A DNA stretch of 34,857 nucleotides from Octopus bimaculoides (GCF_001194135.2 NC_068981.1:126629985-126664841); one strand, 5' to 3'. Positions 22,796 through 33,765 are shown, counted from the stretch's first letter. The notes: a model not told the origin generated them from the sequence alone. Program-made: numbers and translations.

Positions 22796-24234
22796 TAGTG
22801 TACGCACGACATTATATAATTTGGTCATTGTAGTTGCTGATCTGGATCTACTCGGTTTGGCTGCCCGCATCAATTCTGTTCGAATAGATTTCATACTCAG
22901 TGTAATGATACATTTTTATAGGCTAATGAATAACGTGAAAATCATTTCCACTATAAATCAATAAAGAGTTATTAGTAATTAAAGTTTGAAAATTTTGGGT
23001 AATTTTAGCCAAACATAAGCTACAGACGCAGTCATGCCTGTTTCCATAGTAACAAGCAGAATATGAGAAATCTTTTGTCTGCGAGAAAGCACGCGCCTGT
23101 TTCAATAGAAACAAGCGGAACTGGAACCTACAAGAAAAGGGTGTTATACTCAAAAACGTTTTTAGATAAATCTTTTAAGTTCGTGCTATCGCAATGCTTA
23201 AAACTACAAAAGACGTGTTGTTTACTATTTCTTCACAACACGTGCTATTTTCAGGATGTTGACAAAATGTGCAGTCACGTACAAACAACTTTCAACTCTT
23301 GTTTCCTGGCTGAGTGAAAATGATCAAACTTTAAACCTCTATAACTTCTTAAAAACATTTTTTTTTTCTGGAAAAAGTGAAATAACACCAGCAATTCAGT
23401 TTGGAAAAGTATATTAATGTGCCAAATTTTAAGATTTTCGATAAACTTCAATTTTTGAAATGCTGGCAACCAAACCAAATAGATCTGTAGATCTATTATG
23501 ATTTTTCAAGTTTACCTGATCGAGTAGACCCATGGTTAAAAACCATCTTAGCCGTTACCATTGTGTATCTAGGCCTACATCAATCACGGGCGAACTGCGG
23601 CCCGAAAAACTTTTTGAATTGCATGTCAAACAAAAAGTTACCTTGAATGTTCTTTTGGGGTTCTTTTTTTTTTGTGCAACCTGCCTGATGTTGTACCATG
23701 TCTCATGCAGCATGTTTCCCGATACAAGTGGCTCGCGCCTGGTCTACATTATTCAAAGTACCTTTACATATGTAAATAAGATAGTAGGTTACAATCAAAG
23801 GGTAATTTAGCTGCTATTTCTAAGCTCCGTTGTTAGTTCGGTCTGTCTTTGATTTTATCTGTTCCAGTGTCGGTCTGTTACGTGACGGAGGAATCGAGTG
23901 ATTAGGAGAAACTCGTGAGCAAAGTTGTGGGNNNNNNNNNNNNNNNNNNNNNNNNNNNNNNNNNNNNNNNNNNNNNNNNGGTGGAAACGAATAGAAAGAA
24001 TAATAGAAGCACTGAGAGGATTAGGAGGAGTAAATACAGCAGGAGGAGAGGATAGAAATGTGGAGAGGACGGGCGGAGGGGGGGCTGGGGTCTAGAAGGA
24101 AAAGGTTACCGCGATATTTCAACAAGAGAAGGAATGGGGAGGACTGCGTGGGATGCGTTGGGGGATCTGTCGAAAGGAGGTAGAATAAGAAAGAGAACAT
24201 GAAGAAAAAGAACGGAGAATAGAACTTACAAAGA

Positions 24235-24410
<176 letters not shown>

Positions 24411-25304
24411 TGAAGTTGTGTGTGTGAGAAAGGACGGTAAACTGTAATAAAAAGGAAAGATGCAGGGTAAGTGCGGGGCTGAGAAATACAGAAGGAAGGC
24501 AAAAACAGGGAGAAGGGAGGAGAAAAAGACAGAAATACAGAAGGGAGAGAGGGAGAGAGAGAGAGAGAGAAAGAGATTGTGAAACAATGATAAGAGGAAG
24601 CGTGTAAAATGTATTGAGAGCATAAACAGAGAAAGGAAAGTGTGAGAGTGTGTGTGTGTGTGTGTGTGNNNNNNNNNNNNNNNNNNNNNNNNNNNNNNNN
24701 NNNNNNNNNNNNNNNNNNNNNNNNNNNNNNNNNNNNNNNNNNNNNNNNNNNNNNNNNNNNNNNNNNNNNNNNNNNNNNNNNNNNNNNNNNNNNNNNNNNN
24801 NNNNNNNNNNNNNNNNNNNNNNNNNNNNNNNNNNNNNNNNNNNNNNNNNNNNNNNNNNNNNNNNNNNNNNNNNNNNNNNNNNNNNNNNNNNNNNNNNNNN
24901 NNNNNNNNNNNNNNNNNNNNNNNNNNNNNNNNNNNNNNNNNNNNNNNGGGGGGGGTCCATAGCATATTAAGAAATGAATAAATAGTATATGTGTGTATAT
25001 ATATATATATATAATAGAGAATGTATATAACACAAGTGACAAACAGAAATGGAGAAAGAATAAGTCCATTTGTGTGTGTTTGACTGTGTGGCATGTGGGT
25101 GTGAAGAGAGAGAGAGAGAGAGAGAGAGCATGTATGTGCGTGGGTGTGTATGTGTGTGTGAGAGAGAGTGAGAAAATGGGAGCGCGACTGGGTGAAAGTA
25201 TAAACAGAAGGAAGATATTGTGTATCTCCCAGCATACGTCTCTGACTGTATATATGCACGCATACATACATACATACATGCATACATATGTATACATATG
25301 TATG

Positions 25305-25370
<66 letters not shown>

Positions 25371-25680
25371 TGGGAAATAATCAGGAAATTTATATCAGAA
25401 AAATTCTTCAGAAAGATGTATACGTGTAGAATAATTATTTATTAAAAATATAAATATATATATAAATATATGTAAATATGTATAAGTATAAATATACCTT
25501 TAAGGGTTAGCCACATTTAGATGGCAAATATACTTTACGATGTCGTGCGGCTACTGTTTATACCTCGCTCAGAAATTTATTATTCCTTTTTTTCCACATT
25601 TTCGAGATCAGTGACTTTTGTTACTGGAAAAAGTATATATATTTGCATTGAGAATGACGTCCCATCACCAACCGGTGGTT

Positions 25681-26471
25681 TTCACTCTTCTGCATTCGGC
25701 TGCTGTTGCTTCGTGAGTTTGGTTAATGCATTTTTGTTGTTGATTTTGTTATTGTTACGTTTGAAAATTTGTTGGAATTGAACTGTTGTCGTTTTGACGG
25801 AAATTTTCGCCCTACGGGGCAGAAAATTGTTTTTGTTTTGTTTTTTTGTACAACTTGTTGAACTGTTTTGTGCACGTTGCAAGGTGAAAAATTAATTTTT
25901 GTCATTTTTAACAAAAATATTTACGCGTCTTTTTTGAAATTCAGGAGCCATTTGTTAAAAATGGAATTAAATCTGTTGTTGAATGTCGACTTTCTGTTCT
26001 CAAACGAATTATGTCAGTGAAGACCACCAACCGGACTATCAAAGGAAGGTGAGGCATGTTTTCTGTGTACGGTCGCAGTAATGAAAGAGTGTGCATGGAG
26101 AACCAGAATGCAAGGGAATCGTGAGAGTATCCTTCATCTCCGGCCCTGGTTTGCTGTTCTACTTCAGGTACCATCTGAAGAGCAAGATAGGGCTGGAGAG
26201 AAGATACCTGTCGCGAAGTATATATGAGAAAAGATGGAAGGATGTCGTGAGGAAGTTGGGAGTAACTGTCTCTACTTAATTCCACCCATGGCAGAAGCGA
26301 GGTGTAGTCACTGGATTTCCGGCCATTTTTTATGAAAATAAGTTTGTGTAAATTTTTAATTCATATATAAATTAAAATGTTTAATTATAACTCACTTAGC
26401 TCATTTATATGTTTGAAACGTCCTGTTGTGTCCTTCTTTGTAATTGATATATATTATCATAATAAAGAAAT
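25681..26471 (+). mobile_element. L1/Tx1-derived insertion (791 bp) with 8-bp target-site duplication
   Basis: cggtggtt at 25673-25680 and 26472-26479. RPPTGLSKEGEACFLCTVAVMKECAWRTRMQG (~26021-26116) aligns with VPPPSFIKERQATFLCLVAIAKEVVWLTCVKG in the L1 piece at ~34372. ORF end ...FRYHLKSKIGLERRYL...KRWKDVVRK, then 3' UTR and AATAAA at 26461. Confidence 0.75.
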
Positions 26472-26481
26472 CGGTGGTTGT

Positions 26482-26525
26482 CACACGCTGATGACGGGTA
26501 ATACCCAGAAACTCGGGTTCGTGTG
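26482..26525 (+). ncRNA. Minimal type-I hammerhead ribozyme motif (H1 copy 3)
   Basis: CACACG CUGAUGA C GGGU AAU ACCC A GAAA CUCGG GUU/ CGUGUG. Perfect 6-bp helix I and intact core; triplet reads GUU. Confidence 0.72.
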
Positions 26526-26733
26526 TATCACGTCAGGCTGGCGATGGGAACGATGACTTCCATTCGCAAATACTGACAGGATACAGATAGTGTGTCAATA
26601 GCCAGCTGGAGGAGGCTACAAGCAACAGTAGCATCAATCCTTAAGGGTTAGCCACATTTAGGTGGCAAATGTACTTCCTGATGTCGTGCGACTACTGTTT
26701 ATACCTCGCTCAGAGATTTATTATATAAATATA

Positions 26734-27057
26734 TAATAATAATAAATATGACAGTTTAAAATTAAGTTTTTAAAGCATCTAACGATCGTTTCGCAAAAGT
26801 ATTGTCTCAATAATGAAATCCTTTATTTCAAGCAAACACCATTTTCCCATATTACTTAATATTTTTCTTTAAAAACTACCATTCGATAAATTATACAAAC
26901 TCCACATTTTATATCTCTGAAGAGCAGAAGTATTGTCAGTAAATGTTTATCAATAAAGGATTCCATTATAGAGACAATACTTTTGCGAAACGATCGTAAG
27001 ATGCTTTAAAAACTTAATTTTAAACTATTAAATTTTAAACTGTCATATTTATTATTA
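26734..27057. mobile_element. Hammerhead-bearing element, family H2, with head-to-head inverted partial copy
   Basis: Arms 26734-26827 and 26954-27057 are ~95-bp inverted repeats, both ending outward in (TAA)n. The left arm carries only the 3' half of the ribozyme. Confidence 0.8.
26912..27003 (+). ncRNA. Type-I hammerhead ribozyme motif with long helix II (family H2)
   Basis: UAUCU CUGAAGA GCAGAAGUAUUGUC [35 nt] GACAAUACUUUUGC GAAA CGAUC GUA/ AGAUG. Canonical G-C at the base of a 14-bp helix II, palindromic helix III ACGAUCGU, triplet GUA, 5-bp helix I. Confidence 0.82.
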
Positions 27058-27066
27058 TTATTATTA

Positions 27067-27193
<127 letters not shown>

Positions 27194-28364
27194 TATTATT
27201 ATTATAATTATTATTATTATTGCTATTATATATTTATACTTATACATATTTACATATATTTATATATATATTTATATTTTTAATGCAATAATTATTCTAC
27301 ACATGTAGATATCTTTCTAAAGAATTTTTCTGATATTAATTTCCTGATATTATTTCACAATATATTACATATTATATATAATCGCTCGTCTTAAATGTAT
27401 AAATACTTTAATAGTATTAATACTTTGATACAATAGACCACTCAATATAAATTCAGTATATAATATTCTCATTGAATATTTAACAAAAGATTTAAATATA
27501 TATATATATAATTATAAAAATATAATTATAATTAAAGGTTCCGGAGGGCCAACGCCAATGCGCTAGAAGCAGATGTCAAACGTCTACAAACCACTCTAAG
27601 TTTATTCTTTTTTTAACACAAGGCTGAATGCGAGGGAATGGATAAGAATATTTATAAAATTTCGGATAACTTTATATCTTGAGATTTCGTGTTTTGTAAT
27701 AAAAATTACTTTACACTGTTCAGTAGAAGTACACCGACAATATATAAGTGAGGAATACATATACATATCGATAATTATAATTTATACGCGGGAAATGCAT
27801 GTATATGTTGGTATTTGTCTGCAGAAATTTATGTAATCCAAAGAGCGGAGAAAACTCGAAGAATAAAGGTACTCTAATGATTGAGTGAGTTGGTTACATA
27901 GAAACAGAAGTCCACTCGAATATGCGATGAACATATTGTCAAGAAAAGGAAAACAGTAAGACGGGATAAATTCAAGATCAAAATTATTAGTTTGATGATT
28001 AGAGAAATGGAAAGAGTTCATTGCTTTGCCGTTTCGGACTTTTTTGTTTTTCTTTGGAATAAATTGTAGAGTAGAAAGAGATGGGGCAAGTCGAAGAAAA
28101 AGCAAGTAAAAAAAGGAACAATACATGCGAGAATACTCACGCAGAGTTGATCTATATTAGCTATATAACAACACAAATTTCTGCAGATTAGATATTAGGT
28201 TTTTACAAATAGAAAAAAGAATTAGGCTTAATTTACATAATTAAAAAAGAATGAAATCTAAGACAAGCATTTCAAGAGTCAATGACATGAATATTAATGA
28301 TAAAAGGTTAAAGGTTAGTGTAGTGAATACCATTTACAGTCAACTTTCAATATGTTGAAATTTG

Positions 28365-28639
28365 AAAGCAGCGAGCTGGCAGAGTCATTAGCACGGCGGA
28401 GAAAACGCTTAGCAGCATTTCGTTCGATTTTACGCCCAGAGTTCAAATACTGCTGGGGTCAACTTTGATTTTCATCTTTTCAGTGTTGATAAAATGAGTA
28501 CCAGTTGATTACCGGGACAATTTAATGAACTTAGCCCTTCCTCCGAAATACTGGCCTTATTACAAAATTTGAAACCACTATATCGAAATATCAAGACGGC
28601 AAGCTGGTAGAATCGTTAGCACGCCGGAAAAATGCTTAG
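28365..28639 (+). mobile_element. SINE family 2, one full copy plus a truncated second copy
   Basis: Matches 16573-16788. Confidence 0.8.
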
Positions 28640-28756
28640 TTAATCTTCATGGATCTCAATTGGAGGCGCAAATACAAAACCTTGAAACAGTTTTAATGAA
28701 AATCATGCTGTAGATTTTTAGTGTACTAGACTCTGTAGTAATATAGTCTGTATTTT

Positions 28757-28948
28757 AACAAAAACACCACTCGAATGAAAGAATTTAAAATATCTGCTGA
28801 TGGGGAAGTGTTTTGCAAACGAATTAAATGTAGCCATTTCAAAGTCAATAGTCACAGCCTCGAGTAAAATACCAACTCTTTGTGTTTTGACAATTCAAAA
28901 GATTTCATTGTAAGTTTTTTTGCAGATTTGCTACAAGCAACAGCATAG
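28757..28948 (+). pseudogene. Possible decayed N-terminus of a CGGBP1-like/hAT transposase
   Basis: RMKEFKISADGEVFCKRIKCSHFKVNSH, then F(A)DLLQA in a shifted frame. This resembles the EF..F..DG.VLFCK.C...F.V..H and F..DLC.A pattern as I recall it. Confidence 0.35.
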
Positions 28949-28949
28949 G

Positions 28950-29019
<70 letters not shown>

Positions 29020-29146
29020 TTACATTTATTTACATTTACACATTCACGGAGTATAATTATATACTCATTGATTATCCAAAATGAACTATAAAGTTGGTTA
29101 ATTTGTTTTTAATTAATTTTCGGGCGGAAACACGATTTTTTATTTT

Positions 29147-29365
29147 ATATTGGTTTCAAATTTTGGCAGAAGGCCAGTAATTTCGGGGGAAGAAGTAAGT
29201 TTTTTTACAACGACCCCAGTGTGTAACTGGTACTTATGTTATTGAACCCGAAAGGATGAAAGCAAAGTCGACCTCGGCGGAATTAGAGCTCAGAATATAA
29301 AGACAGACGAAATGCCGCTAAGCATTTTATCTGGCGAGTTAACTATTCTTCTAGCTCGACGCCTT
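29147..29365 (-). mobile_element. SINE family 2
   Basis: Reverse complement of 16573-16788 and 28365-28580. Confidence 0.8.
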
Positions 29366-29440
29366 ATTCTTTTTATATATTAACAAGTATTTCGATGACA
29401 CCCATTTTATGTTAAAGTTAATTCTATATTAAAATTGTTC

Positions 29441-29630
29441 CATCTTCTATCTTTTACTTGTTTCACAGTCACTGGGCTGCTGATATACGGGTGTAGTTCC
29501 GCTTTGAAGGGTTTAGTCGAACAAATCGATCCCAGTACTTATTTTATAAAGTCTAGTACTTATTCTATCAATCTATTTTACCGAACCTCTAAGTTACAAG
29601 AATCTAAACAAACCAGGACAAACACAGATT
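29441..29630 (-). mobile_element. SINE family 3, 3' portion
   Basis: tcttttacttgtttcacagtca...ttagtcgaacaaatcgatcccag parallels ~29755-29900. Confidence 0.7.
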
Positions 29631-29749
29631 CACATACAAACACACTCACACACACACACATACATACGCATGCATATATATATACACTATATATATACTC
29701 ACACACACACACACAGATACATACACTACAAAGACACACATACACATAT

Positions 29750-30148
29750 CTTTTATCTTTTCTTTTACTTGTCCCAGCCATTTAGCTGCGGCCATGCTGA
29801 GCACCACCTTCAATGGTTTTAGTTGAACAATTCGACTCCAGGGGTTATTTTTAAAACCTAGTATTTATTCTGGAGGTCTCTTTTGCCGAACTGTTAATTT
29901 ACGGAGACGTAAACATACCAACACTGGTTGTCAAGCGGTGTTGGGTGGGGCCAAGCAGAAACACAAAGACACACACACACATATATACGACGGGCTTCTT
30001 TCAGTTACCGTCTACCAAATCCACTCAAGGCTTTGGTCGACCCGGGGCTATAGTACAAGATACTCGCCCAAGGTGCCGCAAAGTGGGACTGAATCCAAGA
30101 CCACAAGGTTGGGAAGCAAATTCCTTACCCATAAAACCAGGTCTGCTC
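29750..30148 (-). mobile_element. tRNA-derived SINE family 3, near full length
   Basis: Minus-strand head ...gggtaaggaatttgcttcccaacc...ggattcagtcccac, core caccttgggcgagt, internal (TG)n, tail agtaaaagaaaagataaaag. Confidence 0.8.
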
Positions 30149-30444
30149 CTGTAGTTCGAATAATTTTACAAAATAATTGCTTTTAAAAAACTTTATACTG
30201 AAAAGTTATTACAATAAAAAGTCAATTAACATAAAAATATTCGATGAAAAATCGTTTCGATTGAAAATCAGTCGATTGAAAAGACGCTCGGCAAAATTCG
30301 TTTAACGAAGAGTTATTTGACAGAGACTCATTCAATAACGAATTGTGTTTTATGTACACATACATGCACACTAACACAAGCACACACACACGCACAAATA
30401 CACACACACACACACACACATGTGCGTACGTACGCATATATATT

Positions 30445-30568
30445 ATTACATATTTCCCTATATTATGGCATGTATTACATATGTCCATATATTATGGCAT
30501 GTATTACATATTACCCTCTATTATGGCATGTATTACATATTACCCTCTATTATGGTATGTATTACATA
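30445..30568. repeat. 29-bp minisatellite, about 4 copies
   Basis: tattatgg(c/t)atgtattacata starts at 30461, 30490, 30519 and 30548. Confidence 0.95.
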
Positions 30569-31085
30569 ACAGTGTATGAATTGAATAACACTGTATGGGA
30601 TATGTAACAAATGATATCGCCCGTTTGCGGAAACAATTGTAATGTCAATTTGGCTTCTTTCCTCATTAAAATTATTACTTTTATTATTCACTTTGTAGGG
30701 CTAATACTAAGCCTACTGGATCTGACCTTGAAGTTGTGTAGTTCCCCTTTAGTATCAATCGAAGTTTTACGGATCTCATTTTGATTTTGGAATACTACGC
30801 TACCCACGATCTTGCATGATCTGCTAATGAAGCGAAAGCCTGGATTATAATTATCCCTTCATATATATATATATATATANNNNNNNNNNNNNNNNNNNNN
30901 NNNNNNNNNNNNNNNNNNNNNNNNNNNNNNNNNNNNNNNNNNNNNNNNNNNNNNNNNNNNNNNNNNNNNNNNNNNNNNNNNNNNNNNNNNNNNNNNATAT
31001 CAACAACAATAATAATAAGGATTATTACGAAGTGGCATATCATTACCTTTAATTCTTTATATATATATATATATATATTTATATA

Positions 31086-31651
31086 TTTATATAAGGGCAT
31101 TACTATACAATAATGCCTCACGCTATGAGGGACTCTAAGGTCAGACTACCATAAAAAACACATTTTTACCGAACGCGAGGAAATGCAACTCTCAAAGCCA
31201 GCCCCTTAAAAACAGACTGAATTATCGATCATGATTTCATAGTTATTGTAGTATTATACAACTTCTACTCTTCAGTATAATATGTTCAAGATAAATAGAA
31301 GTAGACAGAAATTCAACATATCAAACGAACACCGCATATCCATTATAGTACACAGAAGACTGTTTATCGCTATTTACCTATGTAAGTGGCGGGAATTTCG
31401 AATTGCATCTCGGTACATGTGTTTTTTTCTCAGAATAAATTCAGCACTGAATATATTCTGGTTATATACTTAAATTCAATAATAGGATGAACTCTTTTAC
31501 AAGAATTTATCAAGTAGCTAGCGTGAAAAAAAACTCATAAGGGAAAAAATCCATCATTTATTCCTAAAATATATATTTATTTATATAAGGGCATTACTAT
31601 ACAATAATGCCTCACGCTATGAGGGACTCTAAGGTCAGATTATCATAAAAC
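31086..31651 (-). mobile_element. Hammerhead-bearing partial-tandem element, family H4 (494-bp period)
   Basis: ~70-bp direct repeat tttatataagggcattactatacaataatgcctcacgctatgagggactctaaggtcaga at 31086 and 31580, with two substitutions near its end. Abuts (TA)n on the left and an N gap on the right. Confidence 0.7.
31221..31281 (-). ncRNA. Type-I hammerhead ribozyme motif (family H4)
   Basis: AUUAUA CUGAAGA GUAG-AA-GUUGUA UAAUAC UACAAU-AA-CUAU GAAA UCAUG AUC/ GAUAAU. Palindromic helix III AUCAUGAU and triplet AUC; the first pair of helix I is an A.G mismatch. Confidence 0.7.
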
Positions 31652-31897
31652 NNNNNNNNNNNNNNNNNNNNNNNNNNNNNNNNNNNNNNNNNNNNNNNNN
31701 NNNNNNNNNNNNNNNNNNNNNNNNNNNNNNNNNNNNNNNNTATACAGCTTTACATAGACCTACACATGTTTCAACTGCATCGATTAGTAACCGTTACAAT
31801 TGCACCCCTACTATAATACCGGTGCATACATACATACATGCATATATACAAACATACATACATACATACATACATACATACATACATACATACATAG

Positions 31898-31976
31898 AAA
31901 AATACCCTGTTGTTGATGTCGAAATTCCAATGAAGGAACCTTTTATCTACGTTAGAAACAGGCTCTTTCTCTATTG
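31898..31976 (+). mobile_element. Isolated copy of the 3' UTR core of the 7045-8905 LINE, preceded by (CATA)n
   Basis: aaaaataccctgttgttgatgtcgaaattccaatgaaggaacctt...ctctattg aligns with aaaaataaccagttgttgatgttgaaatttcaatgaatgagcctt...ctctattg at 8796-8872. Confidence 0.75.
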
Positions 31977-32053
31977 AATTATTATCGCACAAACCTAAAC
32001 GCAATCAATTTATTGGGCATTATTTTTTAGGTCAAATGCACTTGATGAACATT

Positions 32054-32340
32054 AAGCAGAAAATAACATGGTTCCAACCTCCGTTCAATCGTGGTATTTC
32101 TATGAATATACCTAAGAAGTTTTCCCTAATTAGTAAACACATCCCAAGCATATATTAATACCAGAATATGTTTAACCTATATAATGTTAAAATTAATTAT
32201 TCTTGCCTAGATAACATTATTTCTAATATTGCACACAACAGTAGGATACATCTACGAAGAATTTATTACATGCATCTATCTGCAACATCAGAAATCAATT
32301 CACTGCTCGCTGAGGGAATTCTATCTTAAAAAAAAACACG
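32054..32340 (+). pseudogene. Penelope-like element ORF fragment (RT-to-GIY-YIG linker region)
   Basis: KITWFQPPFNRGISMNIPKKFSLISKHIP...MFNLYNVKINYSCLDNIISNIAHN, then CNIRNQ...GN in a shifted frame. Matches the PLE pattern IIWFNPP.S..V.TN..K.F..L..KHFP...FN..NVK.SYSCM.N...II..HN...CNCR. Confidence 0.75.
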
Positions 32341-32889
32341 AATGACTTCAATGACTTCAAGGACAGTTTCACTCAGTATAGAAAGTCTTTCGGTGTCAAC
32401 GACAGAGACATCGCCGGTTCCCTCTCCTGATTCATAAGGAGACTTCAAGTCTCAGTTGAACATTGTCAGTAAAGCCCCTCACATAGAACACCTGCAACTG
32501 CCGTTTTCGTTTATATAAGCAACTTCACAAATTGAAACAGCTCACTGTATGCCTTAACAAGAAAACTGAATCTCATATTCTTACCTCCAAGAGAGTACGC
32601 TACTAGTTTTAAGCAGTTACTTATTAGTAGTTTTCCATAAATTTAGTAACATTTACAATTCCATTGGAATTTCTAACGAAATCAAGGAAGGTTATTCCTA
32701 TGTGTGGCATAAAAATTGTCACATATCCAGCAATCAACTGTTGAAATGGCACCTAATTATCGACGAATTAGAGGCTAAACTAATTGAATAGAAACAGCTA
32801 ATAACAATTAGCATTGTTCATTGTCCACTCACAAGCAACTTTACTCAGAAACCGTGGTTGCCTCCCAAGTAAGCATTATTGCATCTTGA

Positions 32890-33751
32890 AATCAATTACA
32901 ACTTCTCCATAAGATGCGTGGTTCAAGTTCATTTCAAGATCTTCGAATAGGCAATGGTGAAATTTGCACTATCTACAGAGAAACACACTTATTACTCAGC
33001 TTCGGGTCATATATCGTTATGAACATACCGAAGAATTCAAGCATCAGACCCAATAGATTTACTCCGGAATGGAAAGAGTGTACGCAGTTGAAATCTGCAA
33101 TGCAGCCTTCATCGATTAACGCAGGAATATAATTACTAAGAACTTCAAAAATACCTCCTCCCTCAACCTGAAGTCAATAATCTAGCAATAGACATTTTAA
33201 AAGAAACACCAAATAGTGCTGATACTTTAAAAGTATCTATGAAAACTCAAACTCAATAAAGACCTGAGCGCAGTCTACTCTGTAATTTTTTATATGGGTC
33301 GGCAACAGGCAGCTGGAATTTGCTTCTTTGATTACCATGGAACTGAAAAGATATTCCTGATCAGTTTATCGCTTGATCAAGACTGTCGACATAAAAACAT
33401 TCCTATTACTATTTATTTTTTATTTTTTTTATTTTTAGTTTAGCTGTTACTGTTCTACTCGGATGATGTATAGCACATTCTACTGTGTAGCAGTTTTTGA
33501 AATTAGACACCAAATGATGCACGCATTTACAACATTGACAAAAATTTGGGAATCTGAACAATTCTTACGAAATACTAAAACCTTGTCAGAGATATATTGA
33601 CAGTAGTACACTTCGCAGGACTTTCGTGACCAAAGAACTTAAACAGGGAAAGTAACAGTATTTGATATCCAGCAGCTTCCATCAGATCCTGCCAGTATTC
33701 CCAAAAGGAATCAAAGCCAATGAAATCTTTAGACCAAAGGTTAAACAATGG
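32890..33751 (+). pseudogene. Decayed Helitron Rep/helicase, PIF1-like helicase region
   Basis: Four collinear motifs: LLHKMRGSSSFQDLRIGNGEICTIYRE (32890-), LPQPEVNNLAIDILKET, AVYSVIF...GICFFDYHGTEKIFLISL (33255-, degenerate Walker A), SSFHQILPVFPKGIKANEI (33668-, cf. GDFRQILPV.P.G.RADEI). Confidence 0.8.
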
Positions 33752-33765
33752 TCAACTGCCGCTAA

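Larger units (their letters stand above)
25504..26724 (+). mobile_element. Second H1 element (A-C-[insertion]-B-D-A), 342-bp period once the insertion is removed
   Basis: ~80-bp direct terminal repeats gggttagccacatttag...ctcgctcaga(a/g)atttattat at 25504-25583 and 26645-26724. Blocks C and B match 15396-15790 inverted. Confidence 0.8.

Noticed and set aside
23580-23745. hAT MITE (cacgggcgaactgcggcccg)
   Set aside because: One end resembles hAT termini, but I could not identify a matching TIR or TSD.
26040-26180. piggyBac cysteine-rich domain, suggested by nearby TTAA-GGG and a PGL...FRYH peptide
   Set aside because: The segment aligns much better with the L1/Tx1 C-terminus at 34370-34570, and the H1 locus at 15396-16027 has no TTAA at the equivalent ends.
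27825-27868. Candidate 44-nt exon (ttgtctgcag|...AAAG|gtactc), open in two frames
   Set aside because: Weak donor, no recognisable peptide and no partner exons; it needs RNA-seq. Similar unsupported splice-like sites occur at 18371, 30699 and 6679-6721 (minus).
32640-32800. SYVWHK...KWHLIIDE as Penelope GIY-YIG C-terminus or Helitron Rep
   Set aside because: It fits either family weakly and cannot be assigned by eye.
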